A stretch of DNA of 64,000 nt from Podarcis liolepis. Taxonomy: Eukaryota. A program made the translations under genes and the position numbers. The stretch lies in assembly GCA_965112155.1 (NCBI GenBank), contig OZ218107.1, one strand, 5' to 3'. The stretch's first letter is position 1; each line of letters opens with the position of its first letter. The notes below the pieces were generated by a model that saw only the letters and a program-made list of their open reading frames with translations, was not told the DNA's origin and ran no database searches. Positions 37,306 to 50,919 of this stretch are shown here, one piece after another.

Positions 37306-40300
37306 TTTTAAATATGGTTGGGTGACACAGACCTATATTACAAATCCAGGTAAATCTAAATTCTGAGTACCAAACTCTGCTACTCATAATTTCTTGAGGA
37401 AATTATGATTCGCTCTATTTCCTAATCAATAGGTTACACGGGCCACATAAAACTGGTTGTTACAAGTTTTAACTTGGAAATATGAGCATGTGGACTCTAA
37501 CATTTTCTAACATTGGCTTTAATTTGGGACTAACAGTAATGCTTTTAATTATTCTAATTTGATTAAAATATAACTATTTTAGTCTTCATTGACAAATACA
37601 AATATACATGTTTGTGTACTGGATGCTTTCCAGACATGAAGAGGAAGCAAAGCAATGGGCAAAGGTCAAACATCTAGGCAAGGAAGTAGATCCCAAGTAA
37701 AGGAAACAAAACCCCATAAAACTTAGAAATTGTGGGAAAAGTTAAGGATCAAAAGAGCAAAAGTTTTTTTGTTTCTTTTTTTAAGTTTCTATGATGACTG
37801 TTTTTCCTGTTGAGTTGACAATTTTATTTCTCTGTCTGGGGTTTTTGGTGAATTCTTTCTAGGAAGTTAATTATCCTATCACTTCCTTATATGAAAATGC
37901 ATGCCTCTACAATCATATAGTCAACCTGTATCTTCTAAATAAACAACATTGTGCCTGAACTAGAGCTTTGGGTATGCTTTGAATTTTCAGTCGGGCCTGT
38001 TAAAAATTCAGCGCAGTTTTAAGTACTGTAAGTGGAGATGTCAATGACATTGTCATAAATAATGGAGGGGATGTGTACTGCAGCAATGAACAGCTACCAT
38101 TTATTTATATGAGAGAAACACAATTCTGAGACAATTACTGGAACAGGACAGATTTCTGTTTTGATCAGTTGTCTTCTAAATTGAAACCAGAACTCAAAAG
38201 GAGTCAATGAACACCAAACTTATTCCATCTGCATAGTCCTTCACATTCTTCTGAAGAGATCTGCTGACGGCCTTGATGCTATGAAGCTACTGGATGTTGT
38301 TGGGTTTTTTGGAAGAGATATATTTATGATGCTTTTTGTAATATTTGGCTGGTTGGGAGAGGCAAACAGCAAAGCTCCTGCCTACATATGATTCCCAGAG
38401 TTACACAGAACCCAAGATATTTTTAGTCTTCAATAAAGGGGCAAACAAGATATTACTTTAATAGTGTGATTGCCAATTATGCTTGGTTGTTGTTGTTATT
38501 TAAATATTAAGCTATGTGATTTTCATTAGGATTGCAGCTGAGGACGGAAGGTTAAAACTGGCCTCCCCTAATTTCCGTAACCCTTATGAAAAATCACACC
38601 ACTTTCACAACTATCAATTTAAAAAATATGGTTGCTAATTATGCTATTAAAGTAATGTCTGGTTAGGCTCCAATTCTGTGCTCCAGTTAGAAACTGCTTC
38701 TATTATGACACACATATAACCATTCAACAACCACTTCCCCTCAGCTGGAGTAGAGGTCACCTTCTCAAAGCTGAGATCTCCCAAATATTAGCTCCCATTT
38801 AGAAAAACATTCCCCATCAATCCTGTGCCATTAGAAATCTGTTTAGCAAAAGAGATGACTGGCTAATCACAACTTGAATCATACAGTTCTCAAAAAATTG
38901 ACAAATATTGTCATTTCTAGCTTTCAGTAGGCCAGTAAAATCAAAATTTAATTTCCTTGACTTACAGGTAAAGAATATCCATTACTACGGACTGATTGTG
39001 TATGTCCAAAACAAGTTTAATGAAACAAACATTTTGGACATTGTTCGTAAATCTCAAAACCAACCCATTAATGATGGAAATAGTTCAGATTGAGCTATGT
39101 CCACTGATAAATGGTGCCATTTTGAGGGTTTTAATCACAGTCCATTTCATGAATATACTTCATATATGTATGGCGTATCTCACTCACATCCCAAATTGTT
39201 GCTAGATTCTAAATTACGGTACTAACGTGTCCGAATAGGGACTTCATTTTCTATAGCTTTTCACACCAGACAAACTATTGCTTTGCTCTAGCTGTTGGAG
39301 CCTCAGAATGCTGGCTGAATTAATTCTGTTATGCTGTAAGAATTCAAGTTGACTGTTATCCAGACTTCATCCTCCCTAGTGTGCAAGGGTGGAACAAGAT
39401 AACATTACTATATCCCATCAACAAGCTTTTTACAACATATTATTTATGCTAAAATTCCCTCTGGACTGAATGATCAAATATGAAAATATTCTTGGATGGT
39501 TTGCTTAGCTGAGTTGAGAGCCTGTTTAAATATCTACTTAAATGCCCAGCAATTTGGGTGGGTAATTACTTTTCCTGATTGATTCTCTTCTCTCCACCCA
39601 TGCGTTACTGAATGTTATTGCAAACAACATTCCAGCCTCTTAAGACTCAGGGGGCAGATGTTGCTGGATTCCAACTCCTATGCTCCCTGACCACTGGTAA
39701 GGCTGATGAGCTGATGGGAACTGGAGTCCAGCAACATCTGAAGGACCACAGTTTCCCATCCCTGAATTCAGTAATAAAAATATGTGCATTAAGTACATCC
39801 TTTGTTAGCATATATGGAATCAAAATCTCTGCACTGGAAGATTGTGGTTTAATCAAAGCATCTTCTCACACTTATCATATATAGTGGTACAGTTGCTGTT
39901 TGCTCCAATAGTTTTAAGAGCAAATTTGTAACTGATTGTCTGCATGTTTGGTCACATGTCACTATTATTGGATAGTGCACGTTTTTGTAGCTTTTTTGTA
40001 TTTGTATTTAAAGTGGACTCAGTACCATCATCTCTGTCATTTATATCCTTCTGTCTGAGTCTGCAAACCGACAGCTCACATTGGTCAGAGGTGCAGAACA
40101 GATGTTTCCCAAACCACGCCCACCAACCACTACCCCTCCACACAAAAAGCAGGATGATGCTGCACAAATGAAAATACTGAGGATCTTTCACAAAAGTCTG
40201 TTTTTTAGCAGCAGAAGAAAGAGTTTCAGTGTTGTTTTGATTTGGCCAGCACTTGAAAAACTGATGAAGAGTCAAATAAATTTGAAAATATACTTTGTGC

Positions 40301-40449
40301 ATGTGTTGTGCATGTAAAGGAACTTCTCTGAATACTTTCTTTTAAAACTCTCCAGCACATTTAGCAATCAAGCCTACATTGCTGAAGAGTTGACCTGAGG
40401 CATACATTCTACCCATTTGCTGTTATAGACATCACATAGGAAGAGTCAT

Positions 40450-41038
40450 ATGATAATAATAATAATAATAATTTATTATTTATACCCCGCCCATCTGGCT
40501 GGGTTTCCCCAGCCACTCTGGGCGGCTTCCAAAAGAATATTAAAATACTATGATACATCAAACATTAAAAACTTCCCTAAACAGGGCTGCCTTCAGATGT
40601 CTTCTAAAAGTCTGGTAGTTGTTGTTCTCTTTGACATCTGGTGGGAGGGCGTTCCACAGGGAGGGCGCCACTACCGAAAAGGCCCTCTGCCTGGTTCCCT
40701 GTAACTTGGCTTCTCGCAGTGAGGGAACCGCCAGAAGGCCCTCGGTGCTGGACCTCAGTGTCCGGGTAGAACGATGGAGGTGGAGACGCTCCTTCAGGTA
40801 TACTGGAACGAGGCCGTTTAGGGCTTTAAAGGTCAGCACCAACACTTTGAATTGTGCTCGGAAACGTACTGGGAGCCAATGTAGGTCTTTCAAGACCAGT
40901 GTTATATGGTCTCGGCGGCTGTTCCCAGTCACCAGTCTGGCTGCTGCATTCTGGATTAGTTGTAGTTTCCGGGTCACCTTCAAAGGTAGCCCCACGTAGA
41001 GCGCATTGCAGTAGTCCAAGCGGGAGATAACCAGAGCA
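40450..41038 (-). mobile_element. 5'-truncated L2 LINE (second family), DCN intron 2
   Basis: The - strand frame reads ISRLDYCNALYVGLPLKVTRKLQLIQNAAARL...LHWLPVRFRAQFKVLVLTFKAL...AFSVVAPSLWNALP. A 3' stem-loop and (TTA)n tail lie at ~40452-40526. Confidence 0.92.
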
Positions 41039-44000
41039 AACAAAGCTTTTTCCTTTGTTAGGGTTTTGCAATCAATATGCCAATGGCTTGTTTAAAGGTT
41101 TTTTCCAAGAACACTATATGGGGGGAACGAACAGGGGAAGCACACCTTCCCATCTCTACCAGTCTGCCATTCCTTCCCAAACAAAAAATAAAATAAAATA
41201 ATAAAATAAAATGAATGAATTGTATCACATAGCAATTAGGGTTGTTGAGGAACAAACCGCAGGCATACTAGGCTTTTGAAAGAATGTCCAAACACTCAAA
41301 CAGAAATTTAATACATGGCATCACTTCAGTGTAGTGAACCACATGAATCCCATGTGGTGTTCGTCATGAACCACTAACACATTTTGCAACATGCACATGT
41401 GGTGGAAAGTTGTTGGCAATCAAGACTTCATGCCTCATGTGAAATAGAGGGCACAGGAATTGTACCATTTTTTGCACAGAAGCAACTTGATGGAAAGATA
41501 AATGGAGGTAACTGTCATATGGGGTCTCCTGGAAAGACTCCAGCCATTTACACACAGGGAGGAACTAATGTTGCAGCCAAGGTTCAGGCACATGCCTCCA
41601 TCCTCCCAACTTGGAAAGTAGGACCAGCCTGTAGGAAATTTGTGCTACCTGGATGCTTGGCTCAGTCTAAAACAGAGATATGAGATATAAGGGGTTATTC
41701 CTGTGCATGCAGTTTCATGTCAGGGGAGAGGACAAGTACTCTGAGTAATGGAAATTTACAAATGCTAACATAATTGTATATACTGCTACACAATATTTCT
41801 GATAACTTCAGCTGTGCAAATGATGTTATGAAATATTAGGATCAAATGGTCTTATTATTTGGAACACATTTTAAGGGTTAGTCATTCCAGAATATATTCG
41901 GCAAAAGATATAAATGATAAAGGCAATTTATAGGCCCGGTGGCCCAGGCTGAGTCATGTATGAGCAATGAATGGAGAAATCTTCAAGAAAATCAATCACT
42001 GCCATATGGCTTCCTGTTGCTAGATCAGTTTCGCATGTTTTAATTTGCTAAGAGTCCAGATGGATGAAATAATTCAAGCTTATTCAAGTTGTGCTTGCAA
42101 CAAGTTCTGTAAGAAAATGCAAATTTTATGCAAACTTGTAGTGGCAATAAGTCTTCTCTTAAACCTAAGCACAATAAGTAAATCCAAAAGTATGGGTTTA
42201 TATAAACATATTAGGCAATTCTATCAGCTCCTGCAACAAGGAATCTATAACAGCAAGCTATTCTGAGTCAACCTTTGCAAGCTTCAGAATTCATGGAAAT
42301 TGGACTTTGAAGTTCTATTTAACTTATAAACCAACAGTAAGCCAGTAAGATTTCTTGGTTAAAATAAATAAATTATTTTATTCATAAACTTATGGATAGA
42401 AATAGGGCTGACATATGGCATTCAGAGATAAGAAGGCTGCAGTAGTCAAGGCATGAGAAAACCTGAGCACAAACCATACTTTTCACTAGTGAGCAGAGAG
42501 AAATGACCATAGGTTTGCAATAATGTAAGGGGGGTAGGGTAACATAACTTGGCAATAGACTGAATATGGGAAGTTAAAAAGAGAGAGATGAATCAAGATA
42601 AGGCTAAGGTTCTACCTCTGGTTTTATTCATAAATCAATCTAGTCTTATCTTCAAATGTTTCAGCTTGTACTTCTATGATATTTTCTAGTGTTAACTTTG
42701 TTTGAAATAAATTGTGGATTTTATATAAATTGCCCAGACTCCTCACTACCCTGTCTTCTCTGCTTACTCTCCCATATGTACCTACTTGAACCTTAAGATC
42801 CATTCAGAGGCACCTTTGAGTTTTGGTGCCAAGTGAATACCTTTCTTTTCATCCAGGCCTTTGAAATATTATTCTGGGCCTCTGCATTTTAAAAACTGTG
42901 TAGCCATTTAAATTAATTGACCCAAGTTAGTCATGACTATTAATTTCAGGGCTAGTGTCAAAAATGGGCACATATCGCAGTACTGAGCAATTCTTTCTTT
43001 CTGTGAAAACTTTCTATACTAACAGGACAGACAGAATGAATATGCATACTTACAAGATATTTTGGTTAGAAAAGCAAATGTGGGTGACAGTGTTATTTAA
43101 TTTAGATAGGGCTATGTAATATGAAATAATTTTAATTTTCTTCCTTCACCTAAGCCACATATATGAAATGGTATCACAAGTGTTTTTAATTTAAACTGAC
43201 TGATGTTCTTCGGGCATTCACAGAACAGAAATGAATCTGTTTGGAAAAACAACGCTCTGTATATAGTTTCTGTTTCAAAAAAAGAAATGGCAGTGGAGTC
43301 ATTTAAAATTGTCTTAGTTTTTATAAATCTAATAGCCTGGACATTTTAGATGAGGATAAGTATGAGAGCACTGATATGTGGAAAAGCCTGAATGTAAAAA
43401 TAATGCTAAACATCTTTAATTATATTCTGATGTTTTACTCATTACAATCAGTGATCAGCTCTGTACTTTAGTGGAAGGATACAAATCAAATGAGGCATGT
43501 TTTTGGTCTGACTACATTGATTACATACAATTTATTCTTTTTAGATGTATGACAAGGAACTGAATCCAAACATGGCCTTTCTTCAAGCACTTCATATTTG
43601 CTGAAGTCAGCAGAACATGGTATTTGGAAAGTTTCCAAAACCGGGTCCCTGACTGTCATCCAGAATTAGAGTTTAGGATTTAACTGACCATAATTAGAAC
43701 ATGGAGGACTTGGAATTTGAAGCAGTGAACTTAAAGCTTGACTTGACATTGTATGAAGAAACTGCTTGTTTGAATTGGTGGGGAAAGGGAAGCTATTTTA
43801 CTTCAATGGATGGCGGAGGTGGGGGTATCAGTAAGACTGGTTTCATTCAAAATTCAATAAAATAAGTAAGAGGTAGCTCTGATTATGAGCCGTGCTTGCT
43901 AGGGCTGACAGAAGTTATAGCCCAACAACTTCTGGAGGGCACCCTGGAATAAACGATAGGAATAACTCCTATGGCACTGATGATCAATGATGCCTTGGCT

Positions 44001-44139
44001 AAGGACCAAAGTGAGAAAAGAACTACAGATGAATTGTTATAGGACTACTGTGAACAGTTGAAGATACAAGGTAGCAAACTGGATGTTTATGATATTTTTA
44101 CATTTCATTGTGTGACTTCCCCAGAATAAGAGAATAATG

Positions 44140-44478
44140 GTAAAGGCACCCCTGATCATTAGATCCAGTCATGACTGACTCTGGGGTTGTGGCGCCATCT
44201 CGCTTTATTGGCCGAGGGAGCTGGCGTACAGCTTCCGGGTCATGTGGCCAGCATGACTAAGCCGCTTCTGGCGAACCAGAGAAGCACAAGGAAACACCGT
44301 TTACCTTCCCGCTGGAGCGGTACCTATTTATCTACTTGCTACTTTGCACTTTTGCTAGGTTGATAGGAGCAGGGACTGAGCAAAGGGAGCTCACCCCGTC
44401 ACGGGGATGCGAACCGCCGACCTTCCAATCGGCAAGTCCTAGGCTCTGTGGTTTAATCCACAGCGCCACCGGCATCCC
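44140..44478 (-). mobile_element. Sauria SINE, full length, 15-bp TSD
   Basis: Reverse-strand SINE. AATAAGAGAATAATG occurs at 44125-44139 and 44480-44494. Confidence 0.93.
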
Positions 44479-44533
44479 TAATAAGAGAATAATGCAATAA
44501 ACTTGAGAGAGCTCTGTCTGTCTTTCATCTAAA

Positions 44534-44671
44534 CAAATGTTTCCCATTCTTGGGTCTCCGGCTGTCTTTTTAACTACAATTCCCACCATCCATGACCACT
44601 GGTCCTGCCAGCTAGGGATGATGAGAGCTGTAGTCCAAAAACAGCTGGAGATCCAAGTTTGGAAAAAACTG
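44534..44671. mobile_element. hAT-type palindromic MITE
   Basis: tgtttccca...actacaattcccaccatcc...gggatgatgagagctgtagtcc...ggaaaaaactg. Confidence 0.75.
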
Positions 44672-44879
44672 GTCTTAACCCTCATTTAGGGAACTGGCTA
44701 TTATCAAATACAGAATGCTGGGGTAGATGAACCACTTGTCCATTTCAGAGTAGCAGTTGTTATCAATCTTTTCAATTTTTAGGTAGTGAAAGCTTGAAAT
44801 CAGTTGCTCTGCTTCAATAATGAAGATATAAGTAACTATTGACCCTCTTTAACCCATCTTTATGCTTTTGTATGTTGTG

Positions 44880-45235
44880 ACGGTGACCAGCTTGGGTGGC
44901 TTTAAAAGAAGAATAGATAAATTCAAAGAGGATCTCTCGGCCAGAAAGCGAGATGAGCATCACATCCCATAGTCGCCTTTGACTGGACTTAACCATTCAG
45001 GGTTAACCATTTAACCTTATAAGTGGCTACTAGTCATAATGGCTATATTCTCCCTCCACTGTTGGAGACCATATGCCTCTGAATACGAGTTACTAGAAAT
45101 CACAAGTATGGACTGTTGCATTCAGATCCTACTTGTGGGCTTACTATAAGCATCTAGTTGGCCACTATAAGAACAGGATGTTGGTCTACCTGGACCTTTG
45201 GTCTGATCCAGCAGGACTTTTATCTTGTTCTTATT
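44880..45235 (+). mobile_element. CR1 3' end interrupted by a Sauria SINE 3' fragment (~44934-45015)
   Basis: ggctttaaaagaagaatagataaattcaaagaggat...gtggctactag...gaacaggatgttgg...tggtctgatccagcagg. The insert aaagcgagatgagc...gactggacttaacc is SINE-derived. Confidence 0.75.
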
Positions 45236-45263
45236 AATTGCTATTTTTAAAATCCCATTACAG

Positions 45264-45376
45264 GTCTGGATCAAGTTCCAAAGGATCTCCCTCCAGATAC
45301 GACTCTCCTGGACCTACAGAACAATAAAATTACTGAAATAAAAGATGGAGATTTCAAGAACTTGAAGGATCTTCAT
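45264..45376 (+). CDS. DCN: Decorin exon 3 (113 nt; absent from ORF track)
   Basis: Acceptor ttacag|; reads [38 protein letters not shown]; donor |gtaagt. Confidence 0.97.
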
Positions 45377-45627
45377 GTAAGTTGCAGTGAAATACACATT
45401 ACATGTTAGTCACATGTTTGATCAGTTCCAGTAGGTTCAGAGACTGACCTGGAATAATATCTACCTTGCTGTTGGTACTATATAAATATTTTGCATATAA
45501 ACATATAAATGTTATGTACTAAGCCACTATTGCTACTGTAATTGTGGGTTATAGTCAATTTAGTATTACTCAGAGTAGATCTATTGACATTAATGAGCAG
45601 GAATAAGCTAGGTGCATTCATTACAAT

Positions 45628-46547
45628 GGGTTCAGGTCTGGTCATGGCCCTGAAACTGCCTTGGCTACCCTGGTTCATGACATTTATCAGAAGAGAGATG
45701 GGTGGATGTGACCCTGCTCTTTCTCCTCTCAGTGCTTTTTCCTATTGGTGGTCAGAGTATCCTTCTGGAGCATATCAGAGGGATAGGGGAATTGTGCTTC
45801 ACAACAACAAGAATACTGCTACTAATAATGGTTTACATTTCTACTCACTGACCCCTAGTGGATAAATCATTTCCCGTCCCCTATCTCCCCTGTAAAGCCT
45901 AACAAGAAATTTAGATGTTCTAAACTTAAAGGATATCTCTCTCGCAACATCAGACAGCAAACAACAGGTATTTGCAAGAGACAACCTTCCTTTCTGCGAT
46001 CTTAGTAATGGGTGGATGCAATTGTTTCTGAAATCGATTTAGTAGTAGGATGTGGAGTGATAGCCTGCCCTGGATGGGATTATACTGCCCTGGAAGGATT
46101 GGGTTGGCAAGTCCTGGTTTCTACATGGTCACTGGAGTGCTCAGGTGGCCTCAGTGGCTAAGGGTAAAGGTAAAGGTACCCCTGCCCGTACGGGCCAGTC
46201 GTGACCGGCTCTAGGGTTGTGCGCTCATCTCACTCAAGAGGCCAGGAGCCGGCGCCGTCCGAAGACACTTCCGGGTCACGTGGCCAGCGTGACGAGGCTG
46301 CACTGGTGAGCCAGCACCAGCACCGCACACGGAAACGCCGTTTACCTTCCAACTATAAAGCGGTACCTATTTATCTACTTGCACTTAAGAGTGCTTTCGA
46401 ACTGCTAGGTGGGCAGGAGCTGGGACCAAATGACAGAAATTCACCCCGCCGCGGGGATTCGAACTGCCGACCTTACGATCAGCAAGTCCTAGGCACCGAG
46501 GTTTTACCCACAGCGCCACCCACATCCCTCAGTGGCTAGGAGTGCCC
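45628..46547 (+). mobile_element. Old fragmented L2 ORF2 remnants (interrupted by a SINE)
   Basis: GFRSGHGPETALATLVHD at 45628, PALDGIILPWKDWV at ~46063, and AQVASVA/RSA spanning the SINE insertion. Confidence 0.6.
46162..46528 (-). mobile_element. Sauria SINE, distinct subfamily, TSD TCAGTGGCTA
   Basis: ggtaaaggtaaaggtacccctgcccgtacgggccagtc... differs diagnostically from the other copies. TSD at 46151-46160 and 46529-46538. Confidence 0.9.
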
Positions 46548-48481
46548 AAATGAAAAACAACACCAATATATCTGAATACACAGCAGAAGTTTGGTTATTT
46601 TCCTGGTTCTTCAACTACCACTGAAAACATCTAATGGTACCTATTAGAACTGCTGCAGAAAACACCAGTGTGAAATAACTGTATATGCAATGCATGCACC
46701 TGAGAAATAAGGTTGTTCTATGTTTCCCAGACACATGTACATGCATATCTTACTTCCAGACTTAATGAGTTTCTTACAACAAAATCAACATGCAGTACTG
46801 CCCATAGCAGGCCTGTTTTAATATTTCTGTTGTCCCCATAGTTTGGACAAAGTTGTCATCCACAGGACAGATGGTAAGAGTGTGGACAAATTATACCCAT
46901 CAGCTGTGCAATAATTTAAAACTGAGCTGAATATCTCAATTTAGAGATATTCGGAAACACATCAAAATTTATACCAAATGGGGATTTGTATGAAAGGATT
47001 AAAAATGAGTGAACCCCTAAGGAGTTCTGTGGAATCATTTTGGATAGTATGTGAATTGCTGTCTGTGGATATAGAAGGATGAAGAGAGAACCTGGTTTAC
47101 ATGGCTGCACAAAGGACGCAAGGTGCTAGTGATATTAAAACTGGTTAGTATATTTGTGGCTGCTTTTGAGCTAGATTCAGAGCAGAATAATCCCTCAATT
47201 CAGTATGTTTTGACTGTTCAGACTGAGTGTTTCTTATTGTTTAGACTGCTGACTTCTCTTCCTCATCGCCCTGGTTTCCAGAGTTACAACCAACTATGCA
47301 CTCTTATTGGGAGTTAGGGACACAGTTGTACTGAGCAGGATTAATTTCCAAGTTAATCATATGTTGGATTGAGCCACAGGAGTCGGCATGCACAGGACAG
47401 TCAGGGAAAAGCATATGGAGTGAGATAAGGGCAGGCACTTGACTGGTTGCTTTACTTGTAGCTTAGCAGCTAACTGAGAAATGATGAATTGGCAATATTT
47501 TTTGAAATGTTGTGCTGGCCTTAGGTAACAGTAACATCTTTAGGAATCATATAGTTCTGTTTCCTTCCAAGGACTCAATATTGTGACTAAAAGGCCACTG
47601 CCACCAGCAACACAGCTTGATGGAAAGGGGGGGGGGAGGCCTCCAAAAACATTATAAATGAATTAATTATGCAAAAGGAAGTAATGGATCTAAAAAAATT
47701 TAACATTTGGACAGATTTGGCACAAATTCCATGCAAGACTGAACTCAAGATGACTCAAACAATTACAATTGCAAAATACAAAATCCCAGAGAGATTTCAC
47801 CAAGACTAGTCATATAAACTATTGGAAGAACATTTGTGTGAAGAGAATTCCTTCATGCAGAACTGTAACTGTCACTGCTTTCTTTTCTTTTTGAGCTCAC
47901 CCAGACTGCTGGAGAATTTTACCGTGCCCCAGGATTATTAGATGTTTGCGTGGTTGCCTAGCAGTAACATATGGGCTACATCCCTGTTTTCCCATTCCAG
48001 TTTAATTTTTAGTACTCTAATTGCCATGAGCATGTCTAGCAGCCTTGGTCCAGGCAAATCCCTCCTCTCAAGTTTTCCCACCTGGCTTCTTTGCTATATG
48101 TTCTCCTTAGGATAGGAGGAGTTTGTGTTTGATAGCCAGCTAAATCTGGAACCATTTACTTGGTATGCTAGCAGCCCAAGTGCTACATGTGTTTCTGCCG
48201 TAAGTTCACCTCCCACCAGAATCCACTGTCAAATAAGTGAAGTAATGCTAAAGACAAGAGTGGCTCTGGGTGTTTTTCTACTCATTCACTTTGGGTTTGA
48301 GGGTGGGGTTTATTTGCAGCTTGCTTCTGAAAATGCAATTTATTGTATTTATTGGTTGGTGCTTATTATGCTTGACGTGTTTATTCTGTGAACTTCCTTT
48401 TGAGTGGTTTTACTAACCACTAGAAGATGGTTAGTAATTTGTTTAAGAAATAGTAAAAATCAAGGTATGGAATTCCCATAA

Positions 48482-48660
48482 AAAGGTAAAGGGACCGCTA
48501 ACCGTTAAGTCCAGTCGTGGACGACTCTGGGGTTGCGGCGCTCATCTCACTTTACTAGCTGAGGGAGCCGGCGTTTGTCCACAGACAGCTTCCGGGTCAT
48601 GTGGCAAGCATGACCAGAGCAGCACACTGAAACACCGTTTACCTTCCTGCCAGAGTGGTC
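48482..48660 (-). mobile_element. Sauria SINE 3' half
   Basis: aaaggtaaagggacc...ctctggggttgcggcgctcatctc...ccgtttaccttcc. Confidence 0.85.
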
Positions 48661-48779
48661 ACCTTAATTTAAAGTAGTGGGAAGGGAAGGAAAAGTTGTA
48701 TTTATCATCAATTCATCCACCTAATGACTAGGTTCAGCAGTGATGAGAGGGTGTGAGTTGGAAGGGATATTATTGGGTT

Positions 48780-48885
48780 GTTTTTATTTTGGGGAGTTTT
48801 TATTTTGTGTTGTCAGGGTTATTGGGTTGTGAATGGCCCTGAGACCTGCAGGTATACAAATTCAATAAATAATAGTAATAATAAA
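48780..48885 (+). mobile_element. L2-type 3' end remnant (a second one at ~48335-48450)
   Basis: T-rich 3' UTR, gtgaatggccctgagacc...gtatacaaattcaataaataatagtaataataa. Confidence 0.45.
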
Positions 48886-49292
48886 GTAAAGGTGTTTGGG
48901 ACCATTTGGATAGGTGAGCGACCAGTCAACTAAGTATGTGGCACAAGATTAGCTTGCTGACTGGAAGAGCAATCCACACCCCATTTAAATCAGGCTTTGG
49001 GGTCTAGGGTGCTTAGACTAGGTAGAGGTGTCCCTCTGCCTGACCCTCACTATCTTTGCATACTGAATGATGCCAGTAATAGTCCACTGGTGTGTAGCAC
49101 CACTTTTCACCCACTGAACATATGGGTGACAGCAGTGGGATCCCCACCAGTGGCAGACAACAGAAAGCCCTGAAATGAGTCATTTCAGGGTGGAGGGCTG
49201 ATTTGGCAAAGGATGTTGGATTCCAAGCTGGCGCCATTGCTGGCTCTGATCTAGGCCCGATCACTGCATCAGCTCCAGGCTGATGTGCCTGA

Positions 49293-49676
49293 TGTTGGAA
49301 TTCAAGCCATTATCAGGAGAAACTGGCCATTCTCCAGGCACCCGGCTTGATCTCCGGTTGACCTCCCTGTCTGCATTTCCCGGCAGGATACAGGCGAGGT
49401 CGCGATTGGCGATCTTCCTCAGTGTGAGAAGAACACACCACTCTTTCCTGCCCCCCCCCCAGGCAGGGGAAAGAGATAGACAGAAACGTATTTACATGTC
49501 TTTATTTCTGTCTTTGCAGTGTTACAGAAAACACGTCTGCTCTCTTCAAACTCCAGCAGCCGAGAGACAGACTCCTCCTGTACTTCCTGTACAGCTCATA
49601 TTACACTCTGAGCTAATTCCGGTGCTTCGCACTGTGAATAGACTGTCCCTCTGTTTCCCACGGAACAGTCCCAACA
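49293..49676 (-). mobile_element. LTR-like element
   Basis: TGTTGG...CCAACA inverted termini, AATAAA on the - strand (49501-49506), and purine-rich aaatgggaa abutting the - strand start. No TSD found. Confidence 0.45.
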
Positions 49677-50892
49677 TTCCCATTTATGTTTTGCTTTCCA
49701 GCTAGCAGCTCGCGGCCGCATTGCTTCTATATCGTAACACCAGATGCCACCTTCACCTTGTACTGGTGGCCCTGCAGCTCTCTAAGTCCCTAATCTAGTT
49801 GCTGACCCCTGGCAACAAAAAGTGCTCTGAAGCTCCTACTGCATGCAGGGGAAGGGTGTGTGTTATTTTTAAGCAGCTTCTGTTTGTGGTGGTGTATAAA
49901 CATATATAGAACATTATCAACAATGTTCAGAGATTCGTATTAAAATGGACTGGTCATTTATATCTCAGTGGTAGTCCTTGTAGCTCTGAGTTGAAGAGAG
50001 AAAAATATGTCCACAGCTAAATGAACAGTAAATGTTTTTGGGAGAGGCTTTCTGCTAGCACTGCTGAACTTTGAGTGACCTCTTCCTCTCAGAGATCTGG
50101 CCACTCCTGGCTAGTATACAAAATTAAAACCATGCACATCTATCATATACACAGTGGAGCCATCTGCAAAACATACCTCCTGTTTTACTGACAATGAACA
50201 GGAAATCAAATACACTAGAGAGAAAATATACAACACATGAACTGTTCAAAATAATAGTTTCTCCTCTTTTTGCTTTTTCTTCATGTTTTCCCTCCCTGCA
50301 GCTGTTTATATATTTTCTGATCTTTGCAAATGTTCAGCTTTTCCTCCTGCACGTTTTAAAGATAGCTGGCATAAGTTTAATTATGAAAGGATTTAGAATG
50401 GCTAGAAATCAAAACAGAGAGTTGAACCATCTGTTTTTCCATTCTTACAAGTAAGATAATGCATTCAGTGAGCAAATATGCTCTACAGCTGTGTTCCACT
50501 GATCAAAATAACAAGGGAACATTATTCCTGAATAATTATTGCTTTCCAAACATCTCAAAGCACTTTCCAAATGTAAATATATTTAATCTCATATTTTTAT
50601 GAGAGTCTGAAGAGGAAACAGGTACACAAGAAGTAAGGTTCACATAACATAGTAGGGCCAGATGACTGCTACTGTAGTCCAGTGATTTAGGCTCTGGTGA
50701 CTATGTGGCAGTGAGCAAATCAATCTCTGCCTCAGTTTACTTGCTGCATATGAAGTGAATGCAATTTATATACTGCATTATATTGTGGTTGTAGTGGTGT
50801 GTCAAGAAGGAAGGGGACAGAGAACAGATGAAAGATTAACCCTGTCACCTCCCTGTAGTTATTTAACAGGTTGGTCACCTAGCTATGGAGAG

Positions 50893-50919
50893 AGTGTGTG
50901 TGTGTGTGTGTGTGTGTGT
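50893..50919. repeat. (GT)n microsatellite
   Basis: Direct reading. Confidence 0.9.

Noticed and set aside
49229-49236. TGGCGCCA as a retroviral primer-binding site next to the LTR-like element
   Set aside because: Not directly adjacent to the proposed LTR end, and the match to a tRNA 3' end is too short.
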